In this document: positions 29,064 through 37,754 of the stretch, piece by piece
Numbering within the stretch: the stretch's first letter is position 1
Layout: each line of letters begins with the position of its first letter
NCBI GenBank assembly: GCA_965197585.1
Contig: OZ240215.1
Coordinates: 608,001 to 672,000, forward strand
Source: Dehalococcoidia bacterium
GTDB taxonomy: Bacteria; Chloroflexota; Dehalococcoidia; Plut-88900
Length of the DNA stretch: 64,000 nt
Reading direction: 5' to 3'
Program-made: the position numbers and the translations under genes
The notes under the pieces: generated by a model
Told to the model about the DNA's origin: nothing
What the model saw: the letters and a program-made list of their open reading frames with translations, nothing else
Database searches by the model: none

Positions 29064-29492
29064 ATGCAAGAAGTAGCAGACCAACACATGGACCAGGAAT
29101 TTGTAGTCGGTGAGATGGAAACCATCACCGCGGGGAGTATAGACTTCGGCCTCGACTACCGGCACTTTGCAGGGGACGAGGGAGTTGCCATACACGTCTA
29201 CGCCGACCTGGAAGGCAAGCGCACCGAGCTGCTCAGGTTCGACTGTTTCGACGATGCGCCTCACTACCACTACGGCCCCGACGGCCGGGACGAACGCCTT
29301 TTTCTCGACTGCACGGCTGACGGTGCGCCCATACCTTGGGCCCTAAATAAGCTGCGCAGCCGCATGGTGCCCATGCTCGTCCGCGCCGGATATTCCAACG
29401 TCGCCCGGGACCTGGACCACGACCTTGTCCAGTCCCGCCTGGACCTGGTGGAGTCCTGGGCTTCAAGCCTTTCCCAGACCAAAGGCAACTAA
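29064..29492 (+). CDS. Conserved hypothetical protein
   Basis: GGAGG before ATG 29064; motif ELLRFDCF...PHYHY. Confidence 0.75.
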   Translation: MQEVADQHMDQEFVVGEMETITAGSIDFGLDYRHFAGDEGVAIHVYADLEGKRTELLRFDCFDDAPHYHYGPDGRDERLFLDCTADGAPIPWALNKLRSRMVPMLVRAGYSNVARDLDHDLVQSRLDLVESWASSLSQTKGN

Positions 29493-29506
29493 TAGGGCGT
29501 GATACG

Positions 29507-29548
29507 AAAATAGCCGCGGGTCGCCTAGGCGACCCGCGGCTATTTTTT
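29507..29548. terminator. Bidirectional terminator, perfect 40-bp palindrome
   Basis: AAAATAGCCGCGGGTCGCCT|AGGCGACCCGCGGCTATTTT between convergent genes. Confidence 0.85.
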
Positions 29549-29583
29549 CTTTCCAGGGCGAAAGGGCAACCCCGTCTAAGATT

Positions 29584-31056
29584 CTACTTCCACACCTTTG
29601 ACAGGACCCGAGTCCCGTAGGCCGCCATTTTCTCCAATGCCTCGTCGCTGGCGCGGCTGGAGTCGTTGTAGGCGATTATCTCCTTGCCCAGTAACATGGC
29701 TACGTAGGCTACCTGGTGGGAGCGGGGGACGCGGGAGAGAGCCAGGAAGTCGGGGTTGTTGATATTGATCTCGATGGCGCCGTCGTTGAGCCGGCTGCGG
29801 TGTCGAACGTCCCCGCCGAAGTCGGAGCGGCGGATTATGGCCCGAGCGGCCCTGCGGCCGTGCCTGTTGCCGCCGTTCTCCCTGTGCCCGTTGGTTTCAG
29901 GTTTCTTGGCTGAGTCCCCATTGACTGCGTGGGCCTCTCCATTCGAATTGCTGACCCTACGCAGGCCATCGATGAGATCGAGATCCAGGAACTCTTCCTG
30001 GCTAAAGATCTCCCGGGCCAAGCGCGTCGCCCGTCCGAAAAGGGCCTGGACCCGTGTGTTATCCGCTTCGTCCCGGAATCCCGTGATCTCCTTGTCCAGC
30101 TCTACCCCGATCTCCTGGAGAGAGTCCAGCAACTTGGTCAGGCTCTCATCCTCGAAGAACTGGGCCCGAGCGGGGAGGGGAGACAGGAATTCGGCGTCCA
30201 CGAAGCCCTTGATCAAACCACTTACCAGGATGCTGCCTTTCAACTCATATTCGTACAGCTCCCGTATGTCCTCGATGATGACGACACCCGTGTGGCGCAT
30301 AGCCACCCGTCCCTGCCCCGAAGGGTCGAACCAGAAGCGGGTCCTGAAGACCTTGTCGGGCTCGCCGGGAAGGTGCATCTCCTGGAACTTAGTCCCGATC
30401 TCCGGCAAGTCCAGTTGGACCGGAGTCACCTCTGAGTCTCCCTTGGCCGTCTTGATGGTGATCATTAGCTGCCCGGTCCTGAGGTACACGTCAAACCTGT
30501 CTGCCAAAACGTGCTTGAGCCGGGCCTGGGAAAGGGATCCATAGCGGCGGGTCGGGTCTTGGAAAAGGCCGGTGATTTCGATTGTCATGCCGGGCTTGGA
30601 ACGTTGTTCACCGGGGCCCGGGTCTGCGATCTGCGCCTCGGCTGAATCTCGGGACAGGATTACCTTGAGGGTTGGAGATTCCGCTGAACGCTTGCTCAGG
30701 AACGTGGCCTTGGTCCCGACCTGGTTAAAAGCCCATAGACCGATGCCAAGTCGCCCGATTTGCGGGATGGTAGAGCCCCTTTTCGCCGAGTCGACCACGT
30801 GCCTCAAGGCATTCTCAAAGCCTTCGGCGTCCATGCCGGGAGCGTTGTAGTCGATGGTGATGGACTTCTTTTCGAGGGTGAAGGCGACTCGGCACTGCTC
30901 CTCGCCACGGCCCTCGGAGAGGGCTATTGCCCATTCGTCCAAGGCGTTGCTGACATACTCCTTTATGGCATCCGCGGCGCTCCGGTACATGGAGCCAAGG
31001 GTGATAAGGGCATTGGTCTTGTTGATTTGGACATCTACTATCTTTTCCACCTGCAA
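29584..31056 (-). CDS. GHKL (HATPase_c/MORC-like) ATP-binding protein
   Basis: AIKEYVSNALD (N box), NAPGMD, SAK, IGRLGIG (G2 box), GMTIEI. Confidence 0.8.
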   Translation of the reverse strand: MQVEKIVDVQINKTNALITLGSMYRSAADAIKEYVSNALDEWAIALSEGRGEEQCRVAFTLEKKSITIDYNAPGMDAEGFENALRHVVDSAKRGSTIPQIGRLGIGLWAFNQVGTKATFLSKRSAESPTLKVILSRDSAEAQIADPGPGEQRSKPGMTIEITGLFQDPTRRYGSLSQARLKHVLADRFDVYLRTGQLMITIKTAKGDSEVTPVQLDLPEIGTKFQEMHLPGEPDKVFRTRFWFDPSGQGRVAMRHTGVVIIEDIRELYEYELKGSILVSGLIKGFVDAEFLSPLPARAQFFEDESLTKLLDSLQEIGVELDKEITGFRDEADNTRVQALFGRATRLAREIFSQEEFLDLDLIDGLRRVSNSNGEAHAVNGDSAKKPETNGHRENGGNRHGRRAARAIIRRSDFGGDVRHRSRLNDGAIEININNPDFLALSRVPRSHQVAYVAMLLGKEIIAYNDSSRASDEALEKMAAYGTRVLSKVWK

Positions 31057-31169
31057 CCCCCTTTACGAAACTGATAAAAGAAAGAATACCTATGGCAATT
31101 TTAGATTCGGTTCAAAAATTCGTCAATAACCTGTCCAAAAAGGTGGATGGAATCCCCGACACTGGCAAC

Positions 31170-31211
31170 AAAAAATCAGCCGGTGGTTGTCATTGACAAC
31201 CACCGGCTGAT
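31170..31211 (-). terminator. Intrinsic terminator of the small Zn-finger gene (18-bp perfect stem)
   Basis: ATCAGCCGGTGGTTGTCA-t-TGACAACCACCGGCTGAT with an A-run on the left (T-run on minus). Confidence 0.8.
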
Positions 31212-31247
31212 AACGGGCTTATAGAACGTTTCCGTTCTATTGTTTTA

Positions 31248-31367
31248 CTACGATTTCTCCTTGGCCTTAACCGCGTTGAAGCAGTCCACGCAATACATCT
31301 GGCTGTTCAGCTGCATCAATTGCGCTTCAAACTTTCTATTGCAAGCCGCACATTGTGTAGTAGCCAT
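31248..31367 (-). CDS. Small Cys4 zinc-finger protein (39 aa), not in ORF track
   Basis: AGGAGG RBS then MATTQCAACNRKFEAQLMQLNSQMYCVDCFNAVKAKEKS*; own terminator downstream. Confidence 0.8.
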   Translation of the reverse strand: MATTQCAACNRKFEAQLMQLNSQMYCVDCFNAVKAKEKS

Positions 31368-31455
31368 TGAGCTTCCTCCTATTTCATGGATGAGACGCCT
31401 TAGGTATATTCTAACAAAATGGGGAATGTAGGCACGCTTCGGTCCCTTGCAAGAC

Positions 31456-31656
31456 TTACTTACTGGGGCCTCTGTTGATCCTGTAGGCCCATATCGAACC
31501 GGCCACCGCTAAGAGTAGTCCCAGCACCAGGTACCCGATTCCCCACCAAAGCACACCGTAGAACACCACGGCCACTCCAATAGTCCAGAGTATCCCGCAC
31601 AGGACCCAGGCGACTAGTAAGACAAAGAGAGCTACTGCTCCCCTGGAAATTTCCAT
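31456..31656 (-). CDS. Small two-TM membrane protein
   Basis: 66 aa, almost entirely hydrophobic. Confidence 0.65.
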   Translation of the reverse strand: MEISRGAVALFVLLVAWVLCGILWTIGVAVVFYGVLWWGIGYLVLGLLLAVAGSIWAYRINRGPSK

Positions 31657-31760
31657 AAGTCTGGCGATGATAGCACAGGGACAAACAAGGCCCGTGCTAT
31701 AATCGGCCCGCCTGCGCTAGCGGGCAAACCCGTCTATTTGTCCCTTGGAGGAAACCTATT

Positions 31761-32801
31761 ATGGCAGCGAGTTCGATAAGAATCGGCCTTATCGGGGCAG
31801 GGAAGAACACAAGGGAGCGACACATCCCCGGCTTCCAGGCCATCGACGGCGTAGAGGTGGTCAGTGTTTGCAACCGGTCCCGGGAATCCAGCCAGAGGGT
31901 CGCCGACCAGTTCGGCATTCCCAAAGTCATCGAGAACTGGCAAGACCTCGTTGCAGACGACGATATAGACGCCGTCTGCATCGGCACCTGGCCGTACCTG
32001 CACTGTTCCATGACCTTGGCCTCTCTGGACAATGAAAAGCACGTTATGACCGAGGCGCGCATGGCCATGAACGCCGGCGAGGCCCATGACATGCTGGATG
32101 GTGCCAACGCCAGCCCCGGACTCGTAACCCAGATCGTCCCCTCTCCCTTCACCTTCGCTCTTGATGACACCATTAGTTCCCTGGTGGCAGATGGTTATCT
32201 CGGTGACCTATTGGCCATCGACATGAACGTGAACGGCAACCAGTTCCTGGAACGGGAAGCTCCCATATCCTGGAGGCAGGACATGGGGCTCAGCGGGCTC
32301 AACATATTGCACATGGGCATCTGGTACGAGGCCCTTTTGCGGTGGGTGGGCCCGGCCTCTGAAGTCATTGCGATGACCTCCGTGAACGTTCCCGTGCGCA
32401 GGGACGAAGACGGCAACCCAGCCTTCATCACCGTACCCGATCATGCGGACGTGCTTTGCCGCATGGCCATCGGGGGCCAGGCCCGGATAAGGATTAGCTC
32501 GGTTATCGGGCTAGGGCAGGAGTCGGGCATCTGGATAAACGGCTCGGAGGGGAGCCTGTTCATCGACAAGACGGGGCAGACCCTCATGGGAGGCCACAAG
32601 GGCGATTCCGAGCTGAAGGAGATAGCCATAGCCCCGGAAAAGCGCGGGAGCTGGCGGGTGGAAGACGAGTTCATCGGCGCCATACGTGGGCAGGAGAAGA
32701 TCAAGCTGACCTCGTTTGAAGACGGGGTCAAGTACATGGAGTTCACCGAGGCCGTCACCCGAAGTGCGCAGATGCGGAAAGCCGTGATCCTTCCCCTCTA
32801 G
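31761..32801 (+). CDS. Gfo/Idh/MocA oxidoreductase
   Basis: IGLIGAG, DIDAVCIGTWPYLH, KHVMTEARMA. Confidence 0.92.
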   Translation: MAASSIRIGLIGAGKNTRERHIPGFQAIDGVEVVSVCNRSRESSQRVADQFGIPKVIENWQDLVADDDIDAVCIGTWPYLHCSMTLASLDNEKHVMTEARMAMNAGEAHDMLDGANASPGLVTQIVPSPFTFALDDTISSLVADGYLGDLLAIDMNVNGNQFLEREAPISWRQDMGLSGLNILHMGIWYEALLRWVGPASEVIAMTSVNVPVRRDEDGNPAFITVPDHADVLCRMAIGGQARIRISSVIGLGQESGIWINGSEGSLFIDKTGQTLMGGHKGDSELKEIAIAPEKRGSWRVEDEFIGAIRGQEKIKLTSFEDGVKYMEFTEAVTRSAQMRKAVILPL

Positions 32802-32839
32802 GGCAAGGCCCCAACACAGCTTAGATTTAGGAGAAACTT

Positions 32840-33151
32840 ATGATAGCGCTGCTGGTTACCATCGACATCCAGCCCGAGTTCAAGGAACGATTCATGGAGG
32901 AGCTGCTTCTGGACGCGAAGGGCGCCAATGATGACGAGCCCGGCTGCCTGCGGTTCGACGTTCTACAGGATAATGAAGACCCCAACCGCGTCCACCTGTA
33001 TGAAGTTTACAAGGACGACGCGGCGATTGCGGCTCACAGGGAGGCCCCTCACTTCGTCAAATGGCGGGACACGACCAAGGACTGGCTTGCCAAGCCCTAC
33101 TCCCGCACCCTCGGCACCAACGTCTATCCTTCAGACGAAAACTGGCGGTAG
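32840..33151 (+). CDS. ABM-domain monooxygenase (LsrG-like)
   Basis: EPGCLRFDVLQD, LYEVY, AHREAPHF. Confidence 0.9.
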   Translation: MIALLVTIDIQPEFKERFMEELLLDAKGANDDEPGCLRFDVLQDNEDPNRVHLYEVYKDDAAIAAHREAPHFVKWRDTTKDWLAKPYSRTLGTNVYPSDENWR

Positions 33152-33272
33152 ATTGTATTACGCTTCTTTGCCGCCGAAAGAGGCATCCGTGAGCAGAACC
33201 GGCTAGATTTGTGGGCTCGCTTCCCCTGAGATTGTGTAAGGGAGAGCATGATAACCCATTCTGGGAACCGAG

Positions 33273-33509
33273 ATGCCTACCGTCCTCGAAAAAGGTCCGT
33301 ATCGCTTCTTCTTCTATTCAAGCGATCAGATGGAACCCCAACACGTGCACGTTGTACGTGATAATCGTGTCGCAAAGTTCTGGCTACGGCCCGTGAGACT
33401 TCAGAGGAGTGGTGGGCTGACCCAGGCAGAGATACGCCGCATCCGGCGTATAATTGAAGCGAACCACATATTGTTTGTGGAGGCGTGGAATGATTACTTC
33501 AACGATTGA
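33273..33509 (+). CDS. DUF4160 protein (putative HicA-like toxin)
   Basis: MPTVL..GPYRFFFYS...EP.HVHV....AKFWL...EAWNDYF. Confidence 0.88.
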   Translation: MPTVLEKGPYRFFFYSSDQMEPQHVHVVRDNRVAKFWLRPVRLQRSGGLTQAEIRRIRRIIEANHILFVEAWNDYFND

Positions 33510-33804
33510 GGCGCGAATACCGGAAGCAGAGCAGGTGTTGGTTACGGAATCAGCTCTGCGGGTTAACTTCTCCGATGGGCGCACCATTTCCGTGCCTCTG
33601 GACTGGTATCCCAGACTAGTCCATGCCACCCGAAAAGAGAAGGACAATTGGGAGCTGATCGGCGAAGGGGAGGGTATCCGCTGGCCCGACTTGGACGAAG
33701 ACCTTAGCGTTGAGGGCTTGATCGCAGGTCGGCCGTCGGGTGAAAGCCAGCGCTCCTTCAAGCGTTGGCTTGAAAAAAGAGAGGACTTATCGGCAGGCCA
33801 CTAG
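33490..33804 (+). CDS. DUF2442 protein (putative antitoxin)
   Basis: DGRTISVPL.WYPRL..AT......WELIG.GEGI.WPDLDEDLSVEGL; overlaps the DUF4160 gene. Confidence 0.88.
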   Translation: MITSTIEARIPEAEQVLVTESALRVNFSDGRTISVPLDWYPRLVHATRKEKDNWELIGEGEGIRWPDLDEDLSVEGLIAGRPSGESQRSFKRWLEKREDLSAGH

Positions 33805-33890
33805 CCCCACTACTCCAGAAGCCTGGACGGGAGGCTTCCGCATAACTTCCCTCGGCAGGATACGGCAAGAATGAAAGCGGCCTTGATCCC

Positions 33891-34175
33891 CTACTTTATC
33901 TCCACCTCGATAAACGCGAACTCACCCTCGTTCGCATTTATCACGTTGTGCTCGACCCCAGCGTTTCTGAAGTAGGGCTGCCCGACCTTGAGCTCATTGA
34001 CCGACTCCCCCTCGGGGGTCACCGCCCTGAGATTCCCATCCATGATGGGGACCACGACGTAGTCAAGCCCGTGGACGTGATGCCCCACCTCCGCCCCCGG
34101 AGCGAAACGCCACTCCAGCACCCTGACCCTATCGTTGTCTATAAATACTGTTGATTTGGCCTGCGCTGCAGTCAT
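33891..34175 (-). CDS. Cupin domain protein
   Basis: NDRVRV.EWRF.PG..GHHVH, GVEHNV.N, F.EVEIK. Confidence 0.88.
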   Translation of the reverse strand: MTAAQAKSTVFIDNDRVRVLEWRFAPGAEVGHHVHGLDYVVVPIMDGNLRAVTPEGESVNELKVGQPYFRNAGVEHNVINANEGEFAFIEVEIK

Positions 34176-34190
34176 GTATAAGACTCCTGC

Positions 34191-34904
34191 CTAGTCCACT
34201 GTCTGTATAGCTTCTCTCAGATTCACGTCACCGGTGTAGAGGGCTCTTCCGATTATCGCACCCTCAACGCCCAACTCTTTCAGTGACTTCAAATGTTCGA
34301 TGGTCGAGATGCCTCCCGACGCGATAACCGGCACCTTAGTCCTCGACACCACCTGGCGCACGGACTTCAGGTTCGGACCTGACAGCATCCCGTCTCTCGA
34401 TATGTCCGTGTAGATGATGCGCCGCGCCCCGAATCCCTTCACCCGTTCGATCAGTTCGATTGCATCGACCTCCGTTGTCCTCTTCCACCCCGAGGCTGCG
34501 ACCCGACCCTCCCTCGCGTCTATGCCAACTATTACGCCTTCCCCAAATCTTCGCAATGCCTCTTGCAGGAAGTCCGGGTCTTCCACTGCCGCAGTGCCTA
34601 GCACCACCCTCTGGACGCCTCTGTCCAACCAGCCTTCCAGCGTTTCCATGTTTCTGACCCCGCCGCCGAGCTGGACGGGTATATCCACGCTTTCGAGGAT
34701 GCGGGCCACGGCCTCGGCGTTTTCGGATCTGCCCGATGCGGCGCCCTCCAGATCGACTACGTGGATTCTCGGCGCGCCTGCCTGCTCCCAGCCTCGAGCC
34801 ACGGCCCCAGGGTCCGTCGAGAAGACGGTCTCCTTATCGAAATCACCCTGGAGAAGACGGACGCAGCGCCCGCCTTTCAGGTCGATAGCCGGGATTATTT
34901 CCAT
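34191..34904 (-). CDS. hisA: ProFAR isomerase HisA; start ATG 34904
   Basis: MEIIPAIDL..GRCVRL.QG, HVVDL, QLGGG, YTDISRDG, IASGG, GRALY. Confidence 0.97.
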   Translation of the reverse strand: MEIIPAIDLKGGRCVRLLQGDFDKETVFSTDPGAVARGWEQAGAPRIHVVDLEGAASGRSENAEAVARILESVDIPVQLGGGVRNMETLEGWLDRGVQRVVLGTAAVEDPDFLQEALRRFGEGVIVGIDAREGRVAASGWKRTTEVDAIELIERVKGFGARRIIYTDISRDGMLSGPNLKSVRQVVSRTKVPVIASGGISTIEHLKSLKELGVEGAIIGRALYTGDVNLREAIQTVD

Positions 34905-35530
34905 GTCTGGTCCAGGACCCAGTTCTGCATGAAATTTTCGTACATCTTCAGGCCCAAGGTCCCGCTCTTTTCCGGATGGAAGAGAGTGGCGACCATGTTG
35001 TCCCGAGACGCGGCACAGCAAAAAGTGCGTCCGTAGTCTGTGGTGGCCAGTGTGAGACCCGGGTCCCGGGGCACGGGGTGATAGCTGTGGACGAAATAGA
35101 AGTAGGAGCGGTCGGGAATGCCGTTGAAGAGGGGACTTGAGTGGCTCTGCTCCACATTGTTCCAACCCATGTGGGGTTGCTTCACGCTTTTGGGCAGCCG
35201 CTCGACTGACCCCGGCAAAACCCCGAGACACTCCTGCTCTCCCTCTGCCGAGAAATCAAATAGCACCTGCAAGCCCATACATACCCCGAAGAAGGGTCTT
35301 CCCTGCGAGATGGCACTAAGGACTGGATCTATCAGCCCCCGCTCCTTCAACCCCTCCATCGTAGGCTTTGCCGCGCCCTGACCGGGCAGCACCAGCGCAT
35401 CCGCCGCTGCGATATCCCCCGCCTCCCCCGACACCCGGGCCTCGTATCCCAGCTTGGCGAATGCTTTCTGCACGCTCCTAAGGTTGCTCGCCCCGTAGTC
35501 GATTACCAGCACTACAGGCCCCGACTTCAT
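34895..35530 (-). CDS. hisH: Imidazole glycerol phosphate synthase subunit HisH
   Basis: IDYG..NL.SV, LPG.G, GVCMG, PHMGWN, YFVHSY, FHPEKS. Confidence 0.97.
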   Translation of the reverse strand: MKSGPVVLVIDYGASNLRSVQKAFAKLGYEARVSGEAGDIAAADALVLPGQGAAKPTMEGLKERGLIDPVLSAISQGRPFFGVCMGLQVLFDFSAEGEQECLGVLPGSVERLPKSVKQPHMGWNNVEQSHSSPLFNGIPDRSYFYFVHSYHPVPRDPGLTLATTDYGRTFCCAASRDNMVATLFHPEKSGTLGLKMYENFMQNWVLDQTWK

Positions 35531-35574
35531 ATTCAAACTCTCCGAATCTCCTTCAACCCGATTAAACGGCAGAC

Positions 35575-36522
35575 CTAGAGTCCCAGTATTTCAATGGCAT
35601 TGGCTCCCAGTATCGCCTCTTTTTCGCCATTCGTGAGTATTGGCAACTCCATTATCCGTTCCACGCTGCGGGTCAGGCCGTACCAGGGGTAGTCGGAGCC
35701 CATCATGACGCGACCCGGGCCGATGTCACGGATGAGCTGCGCCAGCTGCTCGTCCGTCGGGGCCTTGGGGGCGCCTGTCCACTCTATTACCTCGCAGCTG
35801 TCGAAGTAGGCGTTGGGGAAGGCCTTGCCGATATCCAGGGTTTGTTCCCACGTAGCCCCGCCCATATGGGCGATGATGAACTTCAGATTGGGAAATGCTT
35901 CCAGCACCGGTGCAAAAGACCGGGGCTCGGCATAGGGCATCCCGTCGGACGACGGCCCCGAATGGCTGAGGAAAGGCATCCCCAACTCTTGGCAGACCCG
36001 GTAGATGGGCCACATTCGCGGATCGCTCATCTCGAACTTTTGAAGTGCCGGATGGACCTTCACACCCTTGGCCCCTCGCCCCTCCACCAACTCCCTAAGA
36101 TGCGCTGCACCCTCCTCACCGGGAAGGGCATTGGGGTCCACCGCTACGAAAGGGACCAGGCACTCGTTCTCCGCCGCTAGGTCGCACCCCCAGTAGTTAA
36201 ACTCCCGGAGCAGGGCTGGGGAAGATGACTTGATTTCGGTGATGGCAGCAGCCCGCTGGGTCTCGGTCAGGTTAGGGTCGAGGTGGAATATGGCATAGTC
36301 CCGGGCCTGGTCCTCGACGAACATGTTGGCGACGACCGCACGGTAGAAGCCTGCGTCGGCTATGTCCTGGATGGCCTCCTCAGCGCTGCCGTTGGAGGAG
36401 GGGGAGGTTACGTTTTCCTTCTCTCCGTATTCGCCAATGCTGTAGTTGGCGAGGCGTCTGGCGCCCCACTCCCGGGACCTGTATATGTGCATGTGAACGT
36501 CGACTAACTGCGGTCCTGCCAT
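35575..36522 (-). CDS. Amidohydrolase family 2 protein
   Basis: VDVHMH, KGVKVHP, SHSG, IIAHMGG, RVMMGSDYP. Confidence 0.9.
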   Translation of the reverse strand: MAGPQLVDVHMHIYRSREWGARRLANYSIGEYGEKENVTSPSSNGSAEEAIQDIADAGFYRAVVANMFVEDQARDYAIFHLDPNLTETQRAAAITEIKSSSPALLREFNYWGCDLAAENECLVPFVAVDPNALPGEEGAAHLRELVEGRGAKGVKVHPALQKFEMSDPRMWPIYRVCQELGMPFLSHSGPSSDGMPYAEPRSFAPVLEAFPNLKFIIAHMGGATWEQTLDIGKAFPNAYFDSCEVIEWTGAPKAPTDEQLAQLIRDIGPGRVMMGSDYPWYGLTRSVERIMELPILTNGEKEAILGANAIEILGL

Positions 36523-36536
36523 CGGTCTCTCCCTTC

Positions 36537-37754
36537 CTAGCTCCCTTTCAACCCGAAGGCCTTCTCTGCTGCGTCTACAACATGCCGGCCTATGGCAATT
36601 GATGCCGTTGCCCCCGGAGAAGACGCATTCCTCACGTGCACTGTATTATTGCCACTGCTGATCAGAAAGTCATCCAGCAACCGGCCCTTGCGGTCGACCG
36701 CCTGCGCCCTCACCCCAGCCCCTCGCTCCACCAGATCTTCCTTCTGGATTTCGGGTACCAGTCTGCGCGCTGCCTTGAGAAACGCCTGCTTGCTCACCGA
36801 CCGAAAGAACTCCTGCATTCCCATGCGCCAATATTGCCGAGTCAGCAGCCAGAACCCCGGAAAGGACAGGGTCCTCAGAAATTCACGCGGGTTGACGCTC
36901 CCGATAGTGTATCCCTCTCTGGCGAAAGCTAGAACTGCATTGGGCCCCGCTTCCGTGTACCCGCGCACGGTCTTGGTGAAGTGTACGCCCAAGAATGGGA
37001 ATGCGGGATCGGGGACGGGGTAAATCAGGCCGCGCACAAGACCCTCGGCCCGAGGTGATAGTGTGTAATAGTCCCCGCGAAAGGGGACTATGCGAACGTC
37101 GCGGTCGGGCGACGTCATTTCGGAGACGACGTCCGCGTAGAGCCCCGCACAGTTGATGAGATGCTTCACCCGCAGGCTGCCACCCGACGTGATGAGTTCC
37201 ATTCCGCCGGGCAAGGAATTGACCCCCAACAACGCTGTCCCCAAGGAGACTCGGCCCCCCGACCCTTCGAAATCCGAGGCATAGGCCTTGGCCACCTGGG
37301 TGTAGTCGACTATCCCGGTCTCGGGTGAGTGAAGGGCGGCGACGCCTCGGGCGTAGGGTTCCAGTTCCTTCAGCTCATCCGGCCCGATCCTCCGAAGGCC
37401 CGGGACCCCGTTTGCCGTCCCCCGACGGTATAGCTCCTCCAACGCCGGGGCCTCCGAATCATCCACCGCCACGATGACCTTGCCGCATTTTTCGTAGGGT
37501 ATGCCGTGGTCGTCGCAGAACTCGGTAAGCATTCGGGCGCCGGTAACGCAGTTCTGAGCCTTTAGGGAGCCGGGTTTGTAGTAGATGCCCGAGTGGATAA
37601 CGCCGCTGTTGTGTCCAGTCTGGTGCCGGGCTAGTTCTTTCTCCTTCTCGATGACAACTATGCCGAGGCCCGGATACCTGAGCCCCAACTCCCGCGCCGC
37701 CGAGAGCCCGAGTATCCCCCCGCCTATCACCCCCACGTCAAAGTCGAAGCTCAA
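36537..37754 (-). CDS. lhgO: L-2-hydroxyglutarate oxidase-like FAD oxidoreductase
   Basis: GGGILG, HQTGHNSGVIHSGIYY.PGSLKA, YPVPDP.FPFLGVHFT, GVRAQA, SPGATAS. Confidence 0.9.
   Translation of the reverse strand: MSFDFDVGVIGGGILGLSAARELGLRYPGLGIVVIEKEKELARHQTGHNSGVIHSGIYYKPGSLKAQNCVTGARMLTEFCDDHGIPYEKCGKVIVAVDDSEAPALEELYRRGTANGVPGLRRIGPDELKELEPYARGVAALHSPETGIVDYTQVAKAYASDFEGSGGRVSLGTALLGVNSLPGGMELITSGGSLRVKHLINCAGLYADVVSEMTSPDRDVRIVPFRGDYYTLSPRAEGLVRGLIYPVPDPAFPFLGVHFTKTVRGYTEAGPNAVLAFAREGYTIGSVNPREFLRTLSFPGFWLLTRQYWRMGMQEFFRSVSKQAFLKAARRLVPEIQKEDLVERGAGVRAQAVDRKGRLLDDFLISSGNNTVHVRNASSPGATASIAIGRHVVDAAEKAFGLKGS

Noticed and set aside
31221-31240. AGAAC...GTTCT as a LexA box
   Set aside because: The spacer is 6 nt rather than 4 and it lies downstream of a gene; better explained as a hairpin.
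34905-35231. Long N-terminal extension of HisA
   Set aside because: Overlaps hisH in another frame; HisA starts at MEIIPAID.
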